DNA of 64,000 nt from an uncultured Parcubacteria group bacterium (GTDB lineage: Bacteria > Patescibacteriota > Minisyncoccia > UBA6257 > 2-01-FULL-56-20), in contig CAJAQL010000006.1 in assembly GCA_903944135.1 (NCBI GenBank), forward strand, positions 9,425 to 73,424, written 5' to 3'. Under the pieces are notes generated by a model. The model was not told the origin of the DNA. It made no database searches and saw only the letters and a list, made by a program, of their open reading frames with translations. This document shows, piece by piece, positions 59,134 through 64,000 of the stretch (its first letter is position 1; each line of letters begins with the position of its first letter). Made by a program: the position numbers and the translations under genes.

Positions 59134-59286
59134 ATGGACAAAGAGACGATCAGTAAGGTTATGCGGGAAATGGGGCGGCGCGGAGGGCTTGCGTCCGTAA
59201 ATGCTCGTAAGAAAAGCGGGAAGATGAAGGAGTGGTCTCAAAACGCTATAAAAGCTCGCCGCCGAAAAAAGAATAAAAAAGCATGA
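59134..59286 (+). CDS. Candidate 50-aa basic micro-protein translationally coupled to the recombinase
   Basis: MDKETISKVMREMGRRGGLASVNARKKSGKMKEWSQNAIKARRRKKNKKA. Its TGA stop overlaps the recombinase ATG (ATGA at 59283-59286). Confidence 0.4.
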   Translation: MDKETISKVMREMGRRGGLASVNARKKSGKMKEWSQNAIKARRRKKNKKA

Positions 59287-60863
59287 GCGAACTCAACGCC
59301 ATAATTTACTGCCGCGTCTCGTCGGAACGACAAAAGAACGAGGGTCACGGTCTCGACGGCCAAGAGCAACGTTGCCGTCTCTATTGCGGGCAAAAGCAAT
59401 ACAAAGTTGAGCGGGTCTTTAAGGACAGCTTCACAGGAGGCGGAGATTTTATGGAACGTCCGGCGATGGGAGACCTACTCGCCTACCTCGACAAGCATCC
59501 GCATCGGGATAATTACGTCGTCGTTTTTGATGACCTCAAGCGATTTGCCCGCGACACCGTTTTCCATTTGAAGCTCCGCCGCGAATTTAAGGCGCGGGGC
59601 GTTAAAGTGGAATGCCTTAATTACAAATTCGATGAATCCGAGGAAGGCGAGTTCATCGAAACCGTTTTAGCCGCACAGGGCGAGCTTGAGCGGAAGCAGA
59701 ATCGCCGCCAAGTAATTCAGAAGCAGAAAGCGCGTCTTGAGGCGGGCTATTGGCCTTTTTGCCCGCCGCCAGGCTATCGTCAGCCCAAAACAATGGCCCA
59801 TGGGAAGCTACTTACACCACACGAGCCAGAAGCGACGATGATAAGAATGGCCCTCGAAGGATTTGCGACAGATCGCTTCGAGACACAGGCGGATATGGCT
59901 CACTATTTGGGAGAACAAAATTTCGTCGGCAAAAGCAGAGTTCCCTTCCAGTTGGCGAATCGCTTATTGGCACGAGTTTGGATATATGCCGGATTTATCC
60001 AATATGAACCATGGGAAGTAATGAGGCGAGAAGGTCATCATCAGCCCCTCATTGACTTAGCGACCTATCACAAGATTTTGCGAAAACTCGAAGGTCGTAG
60101 CCCCATAAGGACAAGGGCGGATATGCGTGAGGATTTTCCTTTGCGCCACACCCGTATCGTCTGTAGTAACGGCCATCCTCTTACAGCCTCGTACACGACC
60201 AAAAAGAAGGGCTATAGGAAGCCTTATTATCGTTGTTCTAATAGGACTTGCCCCGAACATACCAAAAGCATCCCTGCTGAGCTTATATTGGCGCAATTCA
60301 AGGCTATGTTGCAGGAAATTCGCCCAAAGCCCCTTATTCTTAAAATCAGCGAAGCGATGCTCTATGAAAAATGGGAACGGCGCGTGGCCGAACGAGCCAA
60401 TAACGAAAAAAGGGAGGTTGGTGAAATTATAGGGATTCAAACGGAGATACGCGACCTCTCAAAGCTTGCACGAAAGGCAAGTAGTGAGCGCGTCCGGCGA
60501 GAGTATGAAAAGCAGATTGAGGAGCTTGCGGCGAAAGAGGAAAAATTAACAGAGAAAAACGATCCGGTGAAGAAGCCGAAAATCGAGTTTAGAACCGCTC
60601 TACAAATGGTGTTTGATTATCTAAAAGACCCATATACCAAGTGGGTTGAGGGCGATTTGAGCGAAAAAAATCTAGTGCTAAACCTCGTTTTTGAGGGTCT
60701 CGTTTTCTATGACCGAGGATTTGGATTTAGAACCGCTCCTTTGTGCCTTCCCTTAAGGGTTTTTGAGCATTTTACTACCTCTAAATTACAGGGTGTGGAG
60801 ACGGGCGGAATCGAACCGCCGTCTAGTAATGAAGCCAATGAGCCGTCTACGGGTGTAGTTTAA
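59283..60863 (+). CDS. Large serine recombinase (resolvase catalytic domain, recombinase domain, zinc ribbon)
   Basis: IYCRVSSERQ places the catalytic Ser in the resolvase N-domain. Long recombinase domain, Cys-containing zinc-ribbon segment (CSNGH…CSNRTCPEH) and coiled coil; 526 aa. Confidence 0.85.
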   Translation: MSELNAIIYCRVSSERQKNEGHGLDGQEQRCRLYCGQKQYKVERVFKDSFTGGGDFMERPAMGDLLAYLDKHPHRDNYVVVFDDLKRFARDTVFHLKLRREFKARGVKVECLNYKFDESEEGEFIETVLAAQGELERKQNRRQVIQKQKARLEAGYWPFCPPPGYRQPKTMAHGKLLTPHEPEATMIRMALEGFATDRFETQADMAHYLGEQNFVGKSRVPFQLANRLLARVWIYAGFIQYEPWEVMRREGHHQPLIDLATYHKILRKLEGRSPIRTRADMREDFPLRHTRIVCSNGHPLTASYTTKKKGYRKPYYRCSNRTCPEHTKSIPAELILAQFKAMLQEIRPKPLILKISEAMLYEKWERRVAERANNEKREVGEIIGIQTEIRDLSKLARKASSERVRREYEKQIEELAAKEEKLTEKNDPVKKPKIEFRTALQMVFDYLKDPYTKWVEGDLSEKNLVLNLVFEGLVFYDRGFGFRTAPLCLPLRVFEHFTTSKLQGVETGGIEPPSSNEANEPSTGVV

Positions 60864-61122
60864 CGAAAGTTAGACAGGTTTTGATCCGTAAGTGTCGCGC
60901 CAACCACAGGATCGTCGAATGGCGTTAAGTTCCCTTATATAAGACCGGCGATGGACCCAAGGAACCCGGATCCGCCGATCCCGACGTCGGTCAGCCGATT
61001 AGGCAAACGCGAACGCCGGAAGCTGCAACTTTTGTGTTGGCAGTTTAAATGATGCGACAAGTACGTCGTCGCCCACGACCCGCAAGCTCATGGAACATCA
61101 CTATCGAAGCCAGTGCGTCCCC
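60796..61122 (-). ncRNA. ssrA: tmRNA (ssrA)
   Basis: Minus-strand 5' GGGGACGCACUGGCUUCGAUAG… matches the tmRNA 5' consensus. Acceptor stem with G3·U70, T-arm GGCGG-UUCGAUU-CCGCC and 3' end CGUCUCCA (identical to B. subtilis ssrA). The tag reading frame is …CAG CUU CCG GCG UUC GCG UUU GCC UAA, giving …QLPAFAFA-stop; CCA is not encoded. Confidence 0.8.
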
Positions 61123-61213
61123 AAATTGCGCTTTCGCGCCGAATATAGAATAACATAAAAATACAAGAAAAGCAATATTCCTGTTGTTCCGTTGCAAAAC
61201 AGAATCTAAAAAG

Positions 61214-61285
61214 CCTGGATCCCCGCTTTCGCGGGGATGACAGAGGGAAAATAATAAAGCAAAAATTATTTTCCCTCTGTCACTT
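61214..61285. repeat. GC-rich palindromic repeat unit plus inverted repeat
   Basis: ggatccccgctttcgcggggatgacagagggaaaataa…ttattttccctctgtcac. Confidence 0.7.
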
Positions 61286-61826
61286 TCTCCACATCCGCGC
61301 GCTTCAAAAGCTCGGTCTGCAAGGATTCGGCAAGTTCGCGATCGATGGCCGGGAAGATGCCTTCCGAGGTATCCTCTTCACCTTCTTTTGCTTCTTCATG
61401 GCCGGCTGTAAGGATCGCGAGGCGCGCTACGCCCCAGATGCGATCCGAAATACCCTGTTCAATGTCCACATCCTGGATCTGCCGATACGGTATGGAGATC
61501 TCTTCTTTACTGAGGATCCCCCGCCGGATCTTCAATGCGTCGTCACTGAGCATGAATACATAGTTCACATAGGTAAGATAGGTGATGAAAAACGTAAGAA
61601 CAAACGTAAGAACAAATAAAGCCCATACTCCGAAAACGATAAAAATGCTCCATGGGGCGAAGGGTGTTTTCGCAAAAATCCCGCTCCCCTGCGCGATGGC
61701 GAGAAAAACAGCTCCGATGAAGATAATAATGCTCGGCGCGATCTGTTGGGAGATAAAAAGCAGGAACGTCTTATGTCCAAGTTTCTGATAAACGGAAGAA
61801 GGCGCGACGGCCAGCGTTGTTTCCAT
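61266..61826 (-). CDS. Membrane protein with a bacterial PH (bPH_2/YdbS-like) domain
   Basis: Two TM helices flanking LSDDALKIRRGILSKEEISIPYRQIQDVDIEQG… matches the bPH_2 pattern. Confidence 0.6.
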   Translation of the reverse strand: METTLAVAPSSVYQKLGHKTFLLFISQQIAPSIIIFIGAVFLAIAQGSGIFAKTPFAPWSIFIVFGVWALFVLTFVLTFFITYLTYVNYVFMLSDDALKIRRGILSKEEISIPYRQIQDVDIEQGISDRIWGVARLAILTAGHEEAKEGEEDTSEGIFPAIDRELAESLQTELLKRADVEKVTEGK

Positions 61827-61850
61827 GGATTCAGTATAACATAAAAGATA

Positions 61851-61965
61851 TCCCCTCTGTCATTCTGAGCAATAACGAAGAATCCTGCATTCGTCCGAAA
61901 AAATGATCTCTCGCGATATTCCCATCTTCGCTGAAACTACGATGGGCAGGCGGAATGACAGACCT
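61851..61965. repeat. GC-rich palindromic repeat units
   Basis: ctctgtcattctgagcaataacgaagaatc…ggcggaatgacagacc. Confidence 0.65.
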
Positions 61966-62557
61966 ATATTCTTCATGCTATAATGGCCTCATGCCCCCCA
62001 TGAACAACAATCGATTTCAGCGTCGGCCGATGCCGATCTTACCGCCGCGGCCGCTCATGAACCATCAGATCACCGCACTGGAACTTCGCGTGGTCGGTGA
62101 GAACGGCGAAAATCTCGGCGTCATTAGCCGCGATCAGGCGATCGCTTTAACAAGGCCCGAAGAAGGTATTGATCTTATCCTGATCGCTCCCGCGGCGAAA
62201 CCGCCGGTTGCGCGCATCATGAGCTATGACAAGTTCCGGTACGAAGAAGCGAAGCGCGAGAAGAAAGAAAAGGCAGCCCAGAAGAGCGCCGAAATGAAGC
62301 ATGTGCAGATCACGGTTCGTGCCGCACAGAACGATCTCATGGTGAAAGTCCGCCAGGCGGAAAAGTTTTTTGCCGAAGGGCATCCGATCGAAGTGGTGCT
62401 CCGGCTCCGCGGCCGCGAAAAACGGAACAAGGACTTAGCGATGGAGAAGCTGAAAGAATTCCTGAAAATGCTTCCCACAGAACACCGCGAGCTCCATCCC
62501 CCGCGCTTCGGACAGAACGGCCCGAGCGTCCAGATCGCCAAGATCATAAAAAGCTAA
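61955..62557 (+). CDS. infC: Translation initiation factor IF-3
   Basis: ALELRVVGENGENLGVISRDQAIALTRPEEGIDLILI… and a C-domain (VQITVRAAQNDLMVKVRQAEKFF…). The true start is uncertain, since infC often uses a non-ATG start. Confidence 0.8.
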   Translation: MTDLYSSCYNGLMPPMNNNRFQRRPMPILPPRPLMNHQITALELRVVGENGENLGVISRDQAIALTRPEEGIDLILIAPAAKPPVARIMSYDKFRYEEAKREKKEKAAQKSAEMKHVQITVRAAQNDLMVKVRQAEKFFAEGHPIEVVLRLRGREKRNKDLAMEKLKEFLKMLPTEHRELHPPRFGQNGPSVQIAKIIKS

Positions 62558-62583
62558 GACGGATTCCAGAACCAGAAAAAGAA

Positions 62584-62618
62584 ACCCGGGTCCCTGCTTC
62601 CGCGGGACGACAATAAAC
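62584..62618. repeat. GC-rich palindromic repeat unit
   Basis: cccgggtccctgcttccgcgggacgacaataaa. Confidence 0.6.
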
Positions 62619-62682
62619 CCATTGCAAAAAAAGCGGCTATCCTGTATACTCAACTTCGTTATTTAAACCATCATTTCTTATC

Positions 62683-62856
62683 ATGTCTTTTTCGAAAGCT
62701 TTGGCGAAACGCGTGAAGATCACGAAGAACGGTAAAGTCGTCCGCCGCCCCATGGCCGTGGACCATTTCCGCACGCGCAAGAACGCACGAAAGATCCAGA
62801 GCAAGCGCAAAACGCTTTCGCTCGACTATCCGATGAAAAAGATAATCAACTACTAA
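62683..62856 (+). CDS. rpmI: 50S ribosomal protein L35
   Basis: 57-aa basic protein MSFSKALAKRVKITKNGKVVRRPMAVDHF… in the canonical infC-rpmI-rplT order; below the ORF-track cutoff. Confidence 0.75.
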   Translation: MSFSKALAKRVKITKNGKVVRRPMAVDHFRTRKNARKIQSKRKTLSLDYPMKKIINY

Positions 62857-62857
62857 C

Positions 62858-63202
62858 ATGCCGAGAGTAAAACGAGGAGTCAATGCTTTAAAGCATCGCA
62901 ATAAAACATTAAAGTACGCGAAGGGTTTTTCTTGGGGCCGCAGTACGAAAGAACGAGCCGCCAAGGAAGCTCTGCTTCATGCATGGAGCCACGCCTTCCG
63001 CGGACGCAAGGAGAAAAAGCGGACTGCCCGCCGCGTCTGGAGCGTAAAGATCAATGCCGCAGCAAGAGAAGAAAGCATCTCTTACAGCAAATTGATCGCC
63101 GCACTTAAGAAGAAAAAAGTAACGCTCGACCGAAAGATCCTCGCAGATCTCGCCGAGAACGAACCGAAAGTGTTCAAAAAAGTTCTCGAAGCCGTAAAAT
63201 AA
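62858..63202 (+). CDS. rplT: 50S ribosomal protein L20
   Basis: MPRVKRGVNALKHRNKTLKYAKGF…. Confidence 0.9.
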   Translation: MPRVKRGVNALKHRNKTLKYAKGFSWGRSTKERAAKEALLHAWSHAFRGRKEKKRTARRVWSVKINAAAREESISYSKLIAALKKKKVTLDRKILADLAENEPKVFKKVLEAVK

Positions 63203-63216
63203 GAATCTATCAGATT

Positions 63217-63246
63217 AAAAAATCCGCAGAAATGCGGATTTTTTAA
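63217..63246. terminator. Bidirectional terminator after rplT
   Basis: aaaaaatccgcagaaatgcggatttttt. Confidence 0.7.
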
Positions 63247-63286
63247 TGTCGCCTGACTGCGCTAAAAAAATAAGCTTTTGTCGAAA

Positions 63287-63832
63287 CTATTGCGGATTTT
63301 TTATTTTCTCTTCCTTCTCGGAATGTTCCTGCTCTTTTCTTTCTAAGGGACGATGCTGATACCGTTTGCGGCGTTCAGCAAGGAACAGATTTGCCTGTCG
63401 CAACACTTTGCGCGTATCCTCATACTTCTTTCCGATAACATTCGACGCGTCGCGCGGCAAAAACCAGCCATAGCCGCTGTGTTCGCGCGGTTCGATCCGT
63501 ATCTCCGCCTTGCGCGTCTCGGCAAGGAACAAAATGACCGTATCGAATATCCTTTCGTCTCCGACCTGAAAATGAAACCGTTCATAAGCGCGGAAATTCG
63601 GGACGATATGAAGTTCGGACTTTTTGATGCCGGTCTCTTCCTCGAGTTCCCGGAGCGCCGTATCGATCGTCCGTTCACCGGGTTCGAAATGACCCTTCGG
63701 AAAATTCCAGTAGCTCCCGCGGCGATACAGCAGAAGAAACTTCACACCCTCGGTCGTACGGCGGTAGATCACAAAACCGGCAACGACCTGCTTTTTCATG
63801 GATAGTTTCTCGCGCGGAGCTTCATCTTTCAT
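63287..63832 (-). CDS. NUDIX hydrolase
   Basis: Nudix box GHFEPGERTIDTALRELEEETGI. The start is at an internal Met, and the longer ORF runs through the repeat at 63905-63962. Confidence 0.8.
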   Translation of the reverse strand: MKDEAPREKLSMKKQVVAGFVIYRRTTEGVKFLLLYRRGSYWNFPKGHFEPGERTIDTALRELEEETGIKKSELHIVPNFRAYERFHFQVGDERIFDTVILFLAETRKAEIRIEPREHSGYGWFLPRDASNVIGKKYEDTRKVLRQANLFLAERRKRYQHRPLERKEQEHSEKEEKIKNPQ

Positions 63833-63904
63833 TGGTCTTATTGTAACATGCCGCCCCTGGCCCGGTCGAGGAAGCCTATTTTCAAGGAAAATAACAAAGC
63901 ACGA

Positions 63905-63962
63905 ATGGTCCGTCTTCACGGACCACGACAATAAAGCTCGGCAGGGAGCTTTATTGTCGTTT
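63905..63962. repeat. GC-rich palindromic repeat units
   Basis: tggtccgtcttcacggacca followed by cgacaataaagctcggcagggagctttattgtcg. Confidence 0.65.
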
Positions 63963-64000
63963 CTTCAAAAACTTCAACATTTTCTCGAGCGGCCACGCAT

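Larger units (their letters stand above)
53850..60870. mobile_element. About 7 kb low-GC island integrated at the 3' end of ssrA, carrying a large serine recombinase
   Basis: Composition drops from about 55% to about 42-47% GC. The recombinase gene's last ~22 codons overlap the tmRNA 3' end antisense. All cargo is hypothetical. A weak ssrA-3'-like motif (tggagatgg…gaacc) lies at 53884-53912. Confidence 0.55.

Noticed and set aside
60797-60822. tRNA-like T-arm plus acceptor fragment, first read as a partial tRNA att-site remnant
   Set aside because: Extending upstream on the minus strand shows it is the 3' tRNA-like domain of a complete tmRNA (60796-61122). It is not a tRNA fragment.
1-64000. 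Searched for CRISPR arrays, cas genes, reverse transcriptases (YxDD, for DGRs), and for inteins or group II introns
   Set aside because: No regularly spaced direct repeats with unique spacers were found, no RT motif, and no cas-like genes other than the solo Cas4-like nuclease. The dispersed repeats are not spaced like a CRISPR array.

Overview
This window is a gene-dense, mostly housekeeping stretch of a small-genome bacterium at about 52-55% GC, and it holds one foreign insertion. Two observations suggest a CPR/Patescibacteria-like organism (inference only): compact ribosomal, def-fmt and cell-envelope operons, and an abundant family of short GC-rich palindromic intergenic repeats. Core genes recognised from their motifs:

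- **Start of window to ~20.3 kb:** a 5'-truncated Cu/heavy-metal P-type ATPase, a MarC-family membrane protein, an HI0933-like flavoprotein, a GIY-YIG protein, NUDIX hydrolases (a second at 63.3-63.8 kb), Obg, an ABC-F ATPase, metal ABC transporter permease and ATPase (ZnuB/ZnuC-like), GreA, thymidine kinase and a DEAD-box helicase.
- **~20.4-37.6 kb:** an MFS transporter, hemolysin III, an ABC-2 exporter pair, isochorismatase, SodA, the def-fmt pair, an RNHCP protein, 2'-5' RNA ligase ThpR, a Ctp S41 protease, L9, UppS, L27, Bcp and TypA.
- **~38.5-50.6 kb:** a nitroreductase, DnaB, CysS, patatin, an M23 peptidase, MurC, RseP, Frr and an AI-2E transporter.
- **~51.3-51.9 kb and ~62.0-63.2 kb:** LexA, then IF3, L35 and L20.

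RNA genes the ORF track cannot show: tRNA-Thr(GGU) at 49340-49412, a tRNA-Gln(UUG)-like gene at 26772-26842, and a tmRNA (ssrA) at 60796-61122 on the minus strand. The tmRNA shows a G3·U70 pair, a B. subtilis-like ...CGUCUCCA 3' end and a tag reading frame ending ...PAFAFA-stop.

The most interesting region is a ~7 kb low-GC island (about 53.85-60.87 kb) inserted at the 3' end of ssrA. Its large serine recombinase gene overlaps the tmRNA 3' end. Its cargo is entirely uncharacterised: a zinc-ribbon protein plus a 282-aa protein as a co-directional pair, a membrane-anchored trypsin-like protease next to a secreted S/T/Q-rich protein, a 279-aa basic protein and two ~50-aa ORFs, the second translationally coupled to the recombinase.

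Other unexplained structure includes a tandem duplication of a promoter-small ORF-hairpin module at 37.65-38.43 kb. Its extended promoter recurs at 46.5 kb, upstream of a structured leader and a membrane protein. There is also a standalone Cas4-like PD-(D/E)XK nuclease, a solo CHC2 zinc-finger protein upstream of the ZnuCB-like genes, a terminated 290-nt non-coding stretch that is a candidate ncRNA, and several SD-led micro-ORFs. No CRISPR array, cas gene or reverse transcriptase was seen.
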